DNA of 51,436 nt, filler included, from Basidiobolus ranarum (lineage: Eukaryota), in the NCBI GenBank assembly GCA_040143965.1. It is 3 parts of 3 records of this genome, joined end to end, with 100 filler letters (N's around TTAATTAATTAA, not from the genome) between each part and the next. Parts side by side here need not be neighbours in the genome. Positions count along the whole stretch, not along the records: positions 1 to 17,102 come from JASJQH010000315.1; 2 more parts are not named here. One strand, 5' to 3'. The notes below the pieces were generated by a model, which saw only the letters and a list, made by a program, of their open reading frames with translations, was not told the DNA's origin and made no database searches. Both the position numbers and the translations under genes were made by a program. Shown here in pieces: positions 1 to 13,267 of the stretch (the stretch's first letter is position 1; each line of letters opens with the position of its first letter).

Positions 1-2156
1 GAAGATTCCTCATGGCCGCGTTTGCCTTTCATATCCTTAAGAGATGAATTGAATTGATCAAATCCGAACAAATCTGGTTCGACCACTTGCTTTTCAAACT
101 GTACAGGTCCATCGCTCCGCTGAGCTCCATCAGCTCCCTTGAATCCGCGAGACCCAAGCTCTTTGCTAAATCTCTCTTGACTCAACATCTTGTTGATCTC
201 CTCTTCTTTGCCACCTCCATATATCTCTGAATCAGCATCTTTTTTGACTTTGTAAATGCTGTTAGCGCTTGATCCAGCAAACAGAGGCTTGTTGTACAAG
301 TCGTAGGCTAATTGGCAAAATAAGGTGTTAGTAGCTGATACTTATTCGCGTCAGTAAATGGTAGATCACCAACCTTCATCATCTTTGAAACCAGATCCAA
401 TGCCTTCATTTTGATTGAATAGCCTGGAATCGAACATGCTTTCTTTGCTATGACTAGGTTTAGCGAGACCAAGGGCAATTTTTTCAGATATATCACGATT
501 TTCAGATCTAAAAATAGGAGTGGAGTTAGTGCTGGTTCATCTAGATCTCTAGGAAGTGATACTCACTTTGCAGCATATTTCATTTTGGCGTCAGCACCCA
601 TGCGAGAAAGCTTTAGTTCCCGCTCACGTTCGCGTTCTTTATCTCTTCTGATCTTCTCACGCTCTTTGGCCCTATCATCATCTTCATCTTCACTACTAGA
701 TGCCAAATCTGCAGCTGATGGCCGAGAAGGTCTGGAAGCATCATTCGTACTTGATATACCAGATCTGTTGGAACATTAAAATTTATAAGTATTGAAGTAA
801 AGTGAGGTATAATGTTCAATTCAACTAGTACCGCTCTTCTCTAGCTCTTTGGGCGAGCATTCTAAGATGTTCCTCTTGAGCGGCTTTCTGCTTCTGACTG
901 ATCTTTTGCTCCATTAACTGTCTTTGTCTAACTTCTTCTCTGGTATGGCGATCAGCTGCGTATAGAGCTTCCGAGAGTTTTGCGAAGTTGTCATTGATTT
1001 TAACCTTGATATCAATGTCTTAGTTAAAAACTGCTAATACCATATTAATTAAAATAAATAAATACCTCTTGGATTCCACGTCCATCAGCTGCTAATCTCT
1101 TATCGAGAGGAATAGTATAACCTTTCGCATTCTTCCAATTTGATACACATGGTGGAATTATCCAGGCTTGTTGCTCCTCAGCAGTGACCTTTCTTGGAGG
1201 AGAGTGCATTACAGGAGCAGGTGGAGAAGGTGGCCCTAGAATAGCATCAACTATTAGAATAACGCAAGACCATTAAGTTTACTCATTTTATCCTACCTCT
1301 GGGAATTTTCTTGTGCTTGAACTTGGATGGCTCCATAGGATCTACTGGCGCTTCAACCATTCGAATAATTCTTTGTTTAGCACCAGAGCCACCACTGCCA
1401 CTTTGTTGTTGTGGTGTATAACGGATATATTGTGCTTTATTGTCACTTTGTACATTTACGCTCTTGGGCTGAGAAGCGGTGATCTTTCCTATAAATATAT
1501 TGGTTTAAAAATCAATTTAAAATGAAAGAGTAAGCTAAGGAATATTTTATAATACCTTGAACGATCTTCTCCAGTGCTGCACGTGTTCTATCAGCTGTCT
1601 CTTGAACATCTTCCTCGGAAGGGCGATCTAAAGTGACTTCGCCAACATCTGCTCTTTGTCTTAAAGGAACTAGATCTTTAAAATGACTATGAACTATCCG
1701 AGAATCTGTATGACCATGTTTCGCAATAGCATCATATTGAACGTTCCCCTCCGCGTCAACTTGCAATGAAATGGTGTTTCCACCTTTGGACTTGAAAAGA
1801 ATATAGATACATTAATGATATTTGCAGAGGGGGAGAAGTGAATCTCTAGAGGTTACTCACGGTTTTTCTGCACATATTTAGAGGGTATTGTGCAACATGG
1901 ATCTCTGGAAAAGCACCACCATCTCCAAAGTCTTCAGGGGCCCTGGGGATCCAACCAGCGCGAGAACGATATGATGGTGGGGCATTTTTTGTGGAAACGA
2001 TTTGGTTGAGAGATCTCTCTTCATGGTTGGGTTTCGCGACAGAAACACTGTGGTTCTTGGGGTTCGGAAGTACACTAATTAATAGGTATAAGTTAGAGAT
2101 AAGTAGTAATATAAACGATCTTCTATGGGAATGAATTACCTTGAGAGGCTTGACAT
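1..2156 (-). CDS. PRP45: Pre-mRNA splicing factor Prp45/SNW1 (SKIP); multi-exon, 3' end runs off the window start
   Basis: ATG at 2156; exon 1 is 2140-2156. The spliced exons give GDGGAFPEIHVAQYP, VQYDAIAKHGH, RYTPQQQ, DPMEPSKFKHKKIP-RGPPSPPAPVMHSPPRK, WIIPPCVSNWKNAKGYTIPLDKRLAADGRG and RDISEKIALG, all hallmark SKIP/SNW motifs. The introns checked are canonical GT-AG. Confidence 0.95.
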
Positions 2157-3514
2157 GGTCAAATATTGAAGGTGAAGAGTGACCGTGTCAGTAACTCGAA
2201 CAGACTAAAGTCAAGGTACTTTTTTTTCTGATCACTTTAAAATCCTATCCACCCAATCAACAATGCATGGAGCAATTTCATGGCGGTAATTACCGGATGG
2301 TAGAAGACTCCTTTTGATTTTCCTTACATTCACCAATTTTAAGGCAATCTATTCGTTATAGTCGTTTCATACTATGTTCACCCTTTCAGTGTCAACCTGA
2401 TCTTATTTCTCTCGATATATGTACCAATTGAAGTTGCCGATAATTCAGGATCCGCATAATAATAGAAACCGTTTGGTCAGTAATCAGAGCGGACGAAATT
2501 ATCCTAATGGCAGGAGCTTTAACGAATTTCAGATAAAAAGCAAAAGTGATAAATACTTCTCTTTTGTATGGATTTAGAGAGGACAAAGCCTACATATAAA
2601 GTAATTTCGTTGCTTTGTCAGCGCCAGCACCATAATGAGAATACAGTAATCCATTTTATAATGACAGTACCAGACTATCATAACACGGTCAGATTTGTGA
2701 GTAGATTACCAAATAATCACTTTTTGTTATTGTACATTGTATTGCTTTTACCAATAATGCTTGCTTGGATTTAAAACCGGTTAATTCAACATTATGTGCA
2801 CCTTGTACAATTTTATTTGAGCGTTCTGTGGGTAAGATAACTGCTAACAAGATGGTACAATGAGTGTATAGAATAGAATCAGCTATAGTAAGGGAGGTAA
2901 GGACAATCAGCATCTCAACTATTGACTAGTCGTGTATGATGTCTTCGATGGAAAGAGCCACTGAATTGCTGTAAAGGAAATTATTTGAAGTGTCTTCAAT
3001 GCAGCAACGATCTATCGGGCAACTTGGAAGTAATTCAATCTACTTATCAGGGTTTATGGCATCCGCATTTCATATTCTTAAGAAAGTTCGAAACACTGCA
3101 TCTTGTTTCAAATGGACTGAAATAATATCCATAGCCCTAGAATAAAAGGCCAAACAAACAAATCGATCGGATAAATCATGACAACAGCGTGCAGTTATGA
3201 TGTACCAGGTTGGCAGGCAGCTTGTAATATTATAATATTGGATTTCGTTAACAGAAAATGACTTTGATAAATACACCATGGAGAAGATATCCCGCTCCTC
3301 ACTGGTTACTATGCACCGTAGTCCACAGAGTCTAGACGGGTCTATTATTCATAAAATATACAATAGTATGGAGTTCATTCCTGTGGCTTTTAGTTGATGA
3401 TCTACCAAAAAATTTGGCCAATATAAAAAGGTAGTTCCCCTAATTTCAAACTAATAACCTAGTAACACCTTCTAACAAACTAACTTTTGTTCTTTGGCTC
3501 CATCATCTACAATA

Positions 3515-4516
3515 ATGGTTTATTCAAAGTTTGATCCTATTTCTTTGTTGTTGACGGTTTCGGTTGTTAGCGCAGCAATCACCCAGTATACGGCAAAGCC
3601 TTTGATTAACCCAAGTAACTCTCAATTTGGACCATTCATTGAAGGCGCCGCTGTAGATGATGAAGGAAACATATTTGCTGTAAACTTTGGAAATGCCACA
3701 AGTTTAGGTACTCTTGGGCAAGTAACACCCCAAGAGTTATTCTACGACGATAAATTCACAAAGGGTACTGCTTTTAACGCCTTGAGATTCTTTATAAAGA
3801 AAGATAAAACTTTCGCTTATGCTGCTGATTATGCCAATCATCGCGTAGTGGAACTAACCATTAACGATGAAGATATAATCTCTAGAGACTTCTGTACTGA
3901 TCTGAAGATGCTTCAGCCTAACGACCTTGCACTATCTAGAGCAGGTTTCATTTACCTATCTGGGATGAAATGGCGACCTGATAGCCAAGTAGGGGATGGT
4001 GATTTATGGGTGTGTTCCCCTGACGGTATTCCCAAACGATTGGAGGTGTTAGGACGTACAAATGGCATAGAGCTAAGTCCTGATGATAAATATCTGTACC
4101 TCTCTGAGGCCTTTAACCGAAACGGATCTCCAGTCAGTAACAAAATATGGCGATATGATGTAGACTCGAAGACTGGCTCTATTTCAAACAAAAAGATATT
4201 CTTTGATTTCACCAAGATCAAAACACAGAACATCGATGTAGATGGGATGCGTACTGACATCAAAGGGAACTTATTTGTTACTCGAAATGGCGGCCAGGAA
4301 GTTTTAAAAATGTCGCCAAGTGGTGATATCCTAGCCTCTATTAAAACCAATTTCTCATTTGGGACAAATATCGAATTTGGTGGCTCCAACGGTACCACAT
4401 TGTTCATAGTTGGTAGGTGCGGAATTGATACTCGCGGTCATAAAGCAGGGTGTGTAGATACTTGGGAAAATGACGCACCAGGGAGAGCCTGGTGGATACT
4501 TCAGGACAATGAATAA
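3515..4516 (+). CDS. Secreted SMP-30/gluconolactonase/LRE-family beta-propeller hydrolase, intronless
   Basis: The first ATG is at 3515 (the ORF track starts at an upstream TTG). A hydrophobic signal peptide follows (LLLTVSVVSAA). Family motifs present: IEGAAVD..GN, QPNDLA, TNGIELSPD, DGMRTDIKGNL, NIEFGG. A TATA-like ATATAAAA lies at about 3421. Confidence 0.88.
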   Translation: MVYSKFDPISLLLTVSVVSAAITQYTAKPLINPSNSQFGPFIEGAAVDDEGNIFAVNFGNATSLGTLGQVTPQELFYDDKFTKGTAFNALRFFIKKDKTFAYAADYANHRVVELTINDEDIISRDFCTDLKMLQPNDLALSRAGFIYLSGMKWRPDSQVGDGDLWVCSPDGIPKRLEVLGRTNGIELSPDDKYLYLSEAFNRNGSPVSNKIWRYDVDSKTGSISNKKIFFDFTKIKTQNIDVDGMRTDIKGNLFVTRNGGQEVLKMSPSGDILASIKTNFSFGTNIEFGGSNGTTLFIVGRCGIDTRGHKAGCVDTWENDAPGRAWWILQDNE

Positions 4517-7500
4517 TCCATTCAACGTGTATTGATTGCGATCTAAGCATTATTTAGAAGTAAAAAATCTCTATTGCAGTGCCTCATGTATCTGAATCGG
4601 ATATGTCTGTAAGTAGTAATAAATAACCTGTTTCCAACCTAATAGAATAAACCCCATATGGCTTGTTAGTGGAATAGTAGATAACTATTACACTCAGTCA
4701 ACTGTTGCATAATATTTACTCTTTCAAAAGCATGGTTAATTCTTTCAAGTGCATCATTACCTCGACATATATGGATCTCTCCTGTGCACCAGTTCCCATA
4801 AGTATTGTGCTAGTCAAGGTAATCACAGTATGATTGTAGTTGACCACCTCTTGTCCTCTAAAACTTGCCGAAGCTGTGCAGTGGCCCCTTGAGGCACATG
4901 GCTAATTATACCTGCATATTTCACAACTCTTTGCAGATGTAGTTGATTACATATTCGAGTGATACTAGATTCTAGTTATATTGAGTAGTCATGAGAATAT
5001 AGCCACTCTGACTTTATCTGTATATGGCGTACTTTTGTATGCTCGTAAATTTATTCAATCTTTGCAACGATACCTGATCTGTTGAATTGTAGCAAGCTTC
5101 ACACTGTAGAGTCCATTCATACAAAATTTCTGAATCTATACAAGTACCACTTCCTTTGGACCGGGTGCTATCAACAATGATGCTCGTTAGTGATGGCTGA
5201 TAAGAGTGAGATATCAAGTTGAATGTCAGCTCAAATTGAAATATAATGAGATGAACGGACTCTGTTATTATAGTTGTATGAGCTTAGTAGCAAAGATGTG
5301 TCACACCTGTGATATATTGATACTTTGACTATGCTTGAAGCCTTCCATAGAACTCTGTCATTGCTGGTATCTATCATTATTAATATTTATCACATGGACA
5401 AGAAGCAAGAGAAATAGTAAAAGTTGAGCCTCTGTATCTCAACACGGACGTTTATAGCAGTTATCTAAGACAAGTTAGACTTGGATGAACATGATAGTAC
5501 ATTGAACTATGTCTCACTGCTGTAAAGTCTCGTCAGAGACTATATCAACCGCAGATTGATTTAACCTAGAAAACGATTGAACAGAATATAGAGGATGGAA
5601 GACTGCCTGTGTTGATGGAAAGATGATTTCCTTCAGCTGGAGGAATTCAAACCCAAATTTGATACTAAATAATAGCCGTTGGTGGTTCTCATTAGCTTTG
5701 TGTTGACACTTTCAAATTAGTCGCATATTACATTCCTAGACAGTTTTTACGTTGCTTACTACATTAGTATTTGACTTACGGTCATATTCGGTCCCCACCG
5801 CTCAGGCATGAGCCACTCCCGTTCTTAGTAACCAATACCCTTGGCCAGATATGAGGAAAGCAACAACATCTGGACCCAAATATTTAGTAATTAATATCAC
5901 TCTGAGAAATCAATATTTAATTATGAGACCAGTAGAGTCTGCAATACAGTATCATGTTTGTGATAGTTTACTGTGCCATTCTACTGGCGTATCCCTTTCG
6001 TATGACGCGGAGGACAAGGTGGCACATCGCAATATATGTATTTTTCCCTATACTAGCAACTTGGTCATTTTGATACTCAATTTTACTTTATGCCTTTCTT
6101 ATGAATTATCGGAGTATGAAGTTTTGCAAACAAGTTCCAGTAATTAGTTTCATAGTCATGATATATTTGAGCCTCAGATTGTACGACTAGTCTCCCCATT
6201 CAATTAGACCTAGTGTGGTTAGTAATGGCTCATTGGAGTAGCTAAGGGTAAGGCGATGTTGACTTTTCAGTAGTGGTTATGTTGATGAATAAATTTAACC
6301 CCAATAATGGCGAGCCACTTGTATACGGAATATACCCCTTGTTATGCCCAATTACTCCTGGTGACTTGGCAATGGTGGTATCATCAAAAAATAAGCTCGC
6401 ACTTAAAAAATTCAACAAAGATGACACTTAGACAGAACACACAGAAACCAAACGAAGAGTGTGGCTAATTAACATGAAGTGCTTCTTATCGTTGTACATA
6501 TTGGGGAAGCATCGAAGGTGTATAAGAATCGAAAGAACTTAGTGATCTGCACTGGGTGTGTTGAATGTGAAATAGAGCAATTGATTTCTATGCGTAAATA
6601 ACAACGGATGTCCAGGTCTGTCTGAGAGTTGTTTGAGGAGCTTTGGATTAGTTTGAATGATTGATCTATTCCCAATATCCTGCATATAAGTTTCAATTTC
6701 CGATGCCGCTACGGATACTTCGGTGCTCACCTACATTATTTGGATATTTCTACCCTAAACCTTTCTTGTATTGTATAGCTCGTATGTGACTGCTTTTCTA
6801 CTAGGCAATAGAGGAATAATAGTCACACTTTTTGTCGATGTTATTCCCTTCAGCAAGTAGCAGATAAAAGGGGCATATTAACCCTCTGTTCCAAATACAG
6901 CAAATGGCCATACCCTGATGCTGAGAAACAGTGCAAAGCGAAAGAAATCTGCAATCTATACGAGCATCAACCACAGACCGCCTGTTGTCTCTCTCCCTCT
7001 AATCTATTGATATCAAAGTCATAGCATATATCTTGATTGGTTGCACATACTAAAATAGATAGATTGGTTTGAGAACAGTCAGATCAATGATAACACTCAG
7101 TTATATTGAATCGCAGAGTGGGAAAGATAAGGATAGTATGCACACAGACCATAGTATCAGCAAGAACATCGAAACTTTGTATTTGACACTTCGTTGGATT
7201 TCATGGAGTTTGACGAGATTCTAGTTTCAATCTTCAATTAGATCCTCCAAGTGAAGCTCATGGTTGCATGAAGATACCTATGACTAGAACCGCCCCTAAA
7301 TGTGTGTCCCAAAAAATCACAGAACCGTAGCCTTGGAGCCTTGGAAGGTGCTCTGTGCGTAGTGAGAGTTAATTGAGTAGCATGCATTTCTCCTACAGTA
7401 AAGCTTGGGTCCATGTCTTGCTTGACAATAGACGACACATAAAGTTCTCTTAATCAACTGATGCTTTTTGCGCAGTAGAGCTTCGACTTGACACCTATCT

Positions 7501-8380
7501 CTTGGGAATGCCATTTTTATCCTGGCTGAATGCAGGGTGAGGTCGACAGAGCTCCAATTGTCCACCCGAAATGTTGGGAATCAACCTGTTCAAGGATAAT
7601 TCGCTTGGGTGGTCGACTTCAATATAGTAATATTTTCCTGGGCCCTTTGAAGGATTGTTTCTGTATGCGCACTTCGATTTAAGATCACCCCATGTACCAT
7701 ATTAGCAGATGGGATATCCCGCTACGGTTGGAATTTAATTGGAGAAGTCTTCTGCCACATATCCATATAGCAACGCTTCACTTGCGTAGATGCCATTCAT
7801 TAAGCGCATTGTACAGATAAAGCAGCAACTGCGTGACCAACTACCCCGCGAGTGACTAATGGCATCACTTCATTATACCAGCAACGTGAGAACCTTGGGA
7901 GTTACTCATTAGTGTTGCGTAGTATGCTTTAAGGTGCGCATGACTTCAACGTTTCTGAGTCGGTAACTTCACAGGATATGCATTTTTAATCTAGTTTGTA
8001 TTTAACAATCCAGAGACCCTGAATGCTCGTGCATGGTCTTTGTTTTTCGTCTATTACATTTCGTTGATCATCATGAAACCCCTGGAAGATTAGATATTGG
8101 TCTTCGTATACACTTCCATATTCGTCAAAGGATAATTGTGCAAGAGGATATGCCAATAGCTTGGTCCATCAGATATAACCCCACGTATTCCATACGCTCC
8201 CGAAACTCCCTTGCACGAACCAACGAGAGCTCTCAAAAGTTCCCCCTATTAAGTAGGCCACTATAAATAGCGATGGATACTGTCCAGCTGTGCAACACAC
8301 TGACCTTCTATCTAGACTCATAGAAACCATTCAACCTCTACTGGTAGCATTTCTTTCTTATTAACTCGCAGTATACTCCC

Positions 8381-8947
8381 ATGAATCTGGATCGTTGTCT
8401 TGAGGAGTCCACGTTTTCCAAGCCAGTTTCCGAGCCAAGAATGAAAAAATCGAAGGCTGGTCTATGGCACTTGTTTACTAGATTCGGGAAAGTAAAGTCT
8501 GAAGGCAATGAAAAAACTGGTCAAAGAATGAATTTGCGCACTAGCCGGTCCTTAGAGAGTATGATTAAGGAATACAAAAATTTCGCCTCCGAAGATCTAT
8601 TTATCCGCCGTCAACCTTGGCATCTTAAGAAGTCTTCAATATCCGGTAATAGTGAAGACATGGGCCAGAACAAAAGTGAAGATGATTTGGAGTCGATGGT
8701 AGATGATGATAGCGAGACAGCTAGTATGTGGAGAATTGACTCGCCTTATTCTAGGCCAGGCACTCCGGACCCTCATGAATTTCAAGATCCCCTAGTAAGG
8801 CGTAGGATGAGACAATATGCAACAGACCAAAGAAAATTTGACGAGATGTTGAAGTTGGGATTTGCAGGCGATCAAGAGGATGAACGTGAACTTACAATCC
8901 GTATCACTTTGACACCTAGGAGCGCTCTTAGGGCACAGACGAATTGA
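8381..8947 (+). CDS. Uncharacterised fungal protein (188 aa): Ser-rich disordered body with a C-terminal FQDP..RRRMR..KFDE..GF / ELTIRITLT module
   Basis: Single 188-codon ATG ORF with TATAAATA at 8262-8269. The C-terminal module resembles, from memory and not from a search, a motif in uncharacterised fungal proteins (YQDPEAR.KLR.YL....KFDEA.EFGF ... EMTL.MTLT). Confidence 0.65.
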   Translation: MNLDRCLEESTFSKPVSEPRMKKSKAGLWHLFTRFGKVKSEGNEKTGQRMNLRTSRSLESMIKEYKNFASEDLFIRRQPWHLKKSSISGNSEDMGQNKSEDDLESMVDDDSETASMWRIDSPYSRPGTPDPHEFQDPLVRRRMRQYATDQRKFDEMLKLGFAGDQEDERELTIRITLTPRSALRAQTN

Positions 8948-10175
8948 CAAGCAAAAGTTTGTATGTTCTGATGAATTGGAGCAAAGGGCATTTTAATCCT
9001 TTTAGTGAATCTGTCGAATTGGATCATTTTAAATCCTAAACATCATATTTATTTTGAAAGAATCTCTCTTGAATACCTTCTAATAATTCTCTGTCAATAG
9101 CCAAGAGGTTCATTGGGCATACTGCTCGATCATTTTCTTGCCACTTTCTTTACTCATAAACTAAATATTCATATAGAATCACCCAAAATAGACATAGACT
9201 AGTATCTCTCCTAATTTACCATATTCTGCGCTCTACCATTCCCCCGATACCCAATTTCTTGTTACAGAAATATAATCAAACTAAAGTCAATGAATTTAAT
9301 CACTCCCATAAACATAGACCGTGAATCCAGGCCTTATAGAGACTGCTTGACAAGTGGCCATAGTGCTTGTTGAACGTGATTCAAGCATATGTTAGAGCAC
9401 CGTTCATTGGAAAGACGAACCCTACCCCAAATAGTCTATTTAAGAAAGCGCAGACAGCAATGCGATCAACCTCGATCAAGTGAAGTGAGGCTGACGAGTT
9501 AGACATGCATAGAGGTTTTATATGGTGTACATCGGACTTGCCGACTTGTTCCTAACTTCATGTCACACGATCAAGTTGATGATTTCCACGTGTATGACAA
9601 GCGCAGATCACGCTTCCAGTAGGATATTGTGTATAAACCGATGAGATATACAATGACGTTGGAGGTGCTATAAAACTGATATAGACATTACTGGCAAATA
9701 CATGCTTGTGACATGGGATATAGACTTATATATTTATATATATTTAGAATATATCATCAAAGTAGCAATCGATATTTGCATTTCAAAATGGAGTTTGTTT
9801 ATTGATATGTAAGCGCTAGCATTAGTTTCATCTGAAAAGCATACGGAAATCACCGATCAAATTATAGGAGATTATTCGAGTCAAGTTGGTTGCAATAACT
9901 GACACAGATAAAAGAGTGAGCTCTACGAACGGTGGAAAGGAATGTACAAGAACTATGTGATTTGTATTATATTGAAGAAACTAAATATCAAGTCAAATAT
10001 GGTTCCAATAGATGGAATTGTTTTGGGCAAAGCCCTTCTACGGGTATAAAAGGTCCGAAACTCAAGGTTTTTGGAAAATATTTGCTGAGGGAGTGTCCTA
10101 TCATACGAAGATTATGCTTTATCTATGCCGGTTATTGTGTGTTTGGCATAAGTTTCGGGATCAGTATGGTTCTTC

Positions 10176-10670
10176 TTAGTCGAGAGCAGGCTTAGAAACC
10201 GACGCTTTACGCTCGTTCCTTGATTGACGGTATGGGTTATACCTGGGACAATCATGGGTGATGTTTATACGAAGGGATGGTAACTCAAACAAGCGGACTG
10301 GATTTCTGGACGGTGCAGAGTCTAATAGATATTCAGCTAACTCGGTTTTCCTACATTCAGACCATTGTACTGTGACTTGACTGAAGAGCACTCTACACTT
10401 GGCTTCCGGCCACCCTTCGGCAATCCATCTAATAGCTTTAGCCAACTGATCCATCGAGCTCTCATTAGCCAAACGTCTCAATCTTATACTGATACAATGG
10501 GCATTGTTGGAATCTCTGATCCATGCTTGGAAGTTTGTTTTGTATTTGCTATCCATCTCTCGAATGCTCTCTCCAATGTCATAGCGAATCTGAGGCACAT
10601 TGAAGGAAGCCAGGTCTGATTTAATCAAGGAGATTTTGCACTTCAAAAAGTTTTGTGAATAAAGGCTCAT
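10176..10670 (-). CDS. Hypothetical protein (164 aa) with a probable helical core
   Basis: ATG ORF with protein-like amphipathic segments (IGESIREMDSKYKTNFQAWIR; LAKAIRWIAEGW). A TATTTAA element lies about 100 bp upstream on the minus strand. No family was recognised with certainty. Confidence 0.55.
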   Translation of the reverse strand: MSLYSQNFLKCKISLIKSDLASFNVPQIRYDIGESIREMDSKYKTNFQAWIRDSNNAHCISIRLRRLANESSMDQLAKAIRWIAEGWPEAKCRVLFSQVTVQWSECRKTELAEYLLDSAPSRNPVRLFELPSLRINITHDCPRYNPYRQSRNERKASVSKPALD

Positions 10671-13267
10671 TACAAAGAATCAGCGCTCAATAGAAAATGA
10701 TGTGCGATAATAAGGCTGAAAAATGAAGTGAAAATCAAGAACTCAAGACAAGTATTTTGCTAGTCGTTCGAGTACTTAAATAGATTCTTTGCGAATCATG
10801 AACACTCTAACAGATTCAGGAGTGCAAGTGGATTGACTCGGTTGTCGATCGGAAAGAGTAAAAACGCTGTGCTTGTTGAAAGTGATTTTGTTGATACTTA
10901 CCCAATCATCATTTTACTATGGATCTTTATGCTGTGTAGGTGAGCATGTCCGAGAACATGAAATGTCTTTACTCTTTACATTAGTCTCAAAACCTAGTGG
11001 CTCGATTCTGAGTCAAGTTCGACTCATATTTGTTACCCCCTACGCTCCTATTTTCTATCTGTTTCCAACCCAGTCATGCGTCAGTTACTGATTTTCCAAA
11101 GAGTGATTAGGACGCACGAAGTTGGATCACGTAGATCGAACTACATAATGACAACGAGACATACATTTTCTTTATTTCATTGTAACGAATTTACTTTCCT
11201 TGGTGCCTCAGGTTCTGTTGGTTTCTGTGAGGTTAGAGATATTGCTCTTCTGCCAAATATAAAGAGACCAGAAAAATATCTTAGATTAGCTTGTTATTCT
11301 TCAATGGCACTGGGGATTTGATGCGGTATGATACGAAGTTGATATGGAGGCATTACACCTGTGTGCATTGGATAGTTCAAAGAAACCCATACCAGTATAA
11401 TATTCCATATCGGTATAACTCTGCTTAGCCAGATTGTCATGCGATGCATCAGATACTATCGAAACAAATCTGGTTATTGCAAATGGCATGGGAGAAACTT
11501 TCCTCCTTCTGAACAAATATCACCACATAAGAACAAGCACTATAAGTATCATTTGAAGATCCGAGTCCCATTTGAAACTCAGTTTCTTGGCTAATCCTAT
11601 GAAGGAATATTTACCACGAGAAACCGCATCTTGATTAGACTTTAGTAATGGAAGCGTCCAATGAAAGGCATGAGTTGTGTTGTATTTACAATAGGAATGG
11701 TCAATTACCTTTGTATCACTCATTGCAGATACCGATGGATCATACTACTCAGTGTCTCTCACATACACTACAGAGCAGCACAATAGTATCCTAGCTAGAT
11801 CCATCAATATACGTCCGTGGTTAGATTTTTTTGATAGAAACCAAAGCTTGATTACAATAAATCTAAAAGAAATAGACCCTACATCTAAAGAGAGCGGATC
11901 AAGTGTATTGAATCACAGACAAAGTTTAAACAATGTTAGGTAGATTTCTCAGGAGTTGCATTAAAGAGCAGGTAGCAGATGGTCTTTGTGCACCAATATT
12001 CTTCACTGATTTGGTTTGAGACTTGAACGTTTAAGAATCTATTAAGTAATCAAAGAGGCAAGGTTGCCACTCTTGCACAGCGAAGGATCTAAAGGGTTGA
12101 AGTTTGGGAATACAAGTTACATGATTGTCATGCACTCACATGGAAATAAAATCCTTTTTTATTAACGCGGGGCCATCAGATTGTATGCACTTTTGTTTCA
12201 CAACAGTTGGCACAATTAACTGTATTTGCCCTCAAGGGAAAACCTCCATTGCCCAACGTTGTGTATAATGTTGGCAGTACACTCTCTCCTTTCGAAGCCG
12301 GTGAACAATGAACCATTTTTGTTAGTAAAGTTAATTCGGTACAATCATTCTATTACTGCTCATGTGCACGGGATTGCATCACCACGTGAGAAAAAACAGG
12401 TGACCACTTATGTGTACTGGCGTAGAGATATGACCAACAAATATCGGGGTAAAACAAACCACAGCAAAGTAGGCAAATGTGGAGACAAATAAAAATGAGA
12501 ATGAGTACGAAAAGCAGGGAAACTGGTGGAACAAACGTATAGAGTGGGCAAAATAGACTACAATTGATGGATGTTTCGGACTCAGATAAATCAATTTACT
12601 TTACCATAGGTTCTATGGAAGCGATGCTTTATCTCTGTATTATATCTCACCTAATCTACTAACCATTCCTACATGGAAAGGAGTACTTAGATGGGAGCAG
12701 TAAGTGAACTTGAGTCTCATACATGTAGCTCCTATTTTCTGAGAGTACATTCATTAGGTGTAAGATAGGAAGCTCGGGGCCATATCAGACAAAGAAGAAG
12801 GTCGAGTGAGTCGATTACCATCATCAACGAACCTGTTTCCTCATAGAGAATATGATTATGCTCTCAGTAAAAAATTGCAACAAGAGATGGAGATACTAGT
12901 TGTTTATTGTATAGAAATGCACATATATGACATTCAGAACCCAAAACATTTCACCATCATACCACAACCCTTAAATGTGACTACACATTTGCTAATGTAA
13001 ATAAAATGGAAATTTTTGATAGTTCGCAGTTACTAAACATTATAATTCAATTGAATGATACTTATTATGCAAGTCAGACTGGGTATATATTGGCATAGTT
13101 ACATAAGGGTTTCATTCATAGTTCATAATATACAGGACCGATCAGATACTGGAATCCTTGGCAAAAACTTACAAAAAGGGGAGGTACCTTGGTACTGAGC
13201 AACTGGTTCGTTTTAGATACTTTTAAGAGATGGAAATCAAACGGCATGATGTTGAGAACTAAGTTGA

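Noticed and set aside
3952-4407. 151-aa antisense ORF inside the lactonase gene, and similar antisense or off-frame ORFs inside the helicase, VPS1, LARP1 and CPR genes
   Set aside because: These are shadow ORFs of real coding sequence. Many start at TTG/GTG and none shows an independent motif.
7238-7800. Stop-interrupted minus-strand frames with a faint transposase-like look (KLYCRR, CNHEL)
   Set aside because: No catalytic motif, terminal repeat or target-site duplication is visible.
11009-11026. TGAGTC-AAGTTC-GACTCA hairpin containing GTTCGA, resembling a tRNA T-arm
   Set aside because: The stem/loop geometry is wrong, and there is no acceptor, D or anticodon arm around it.
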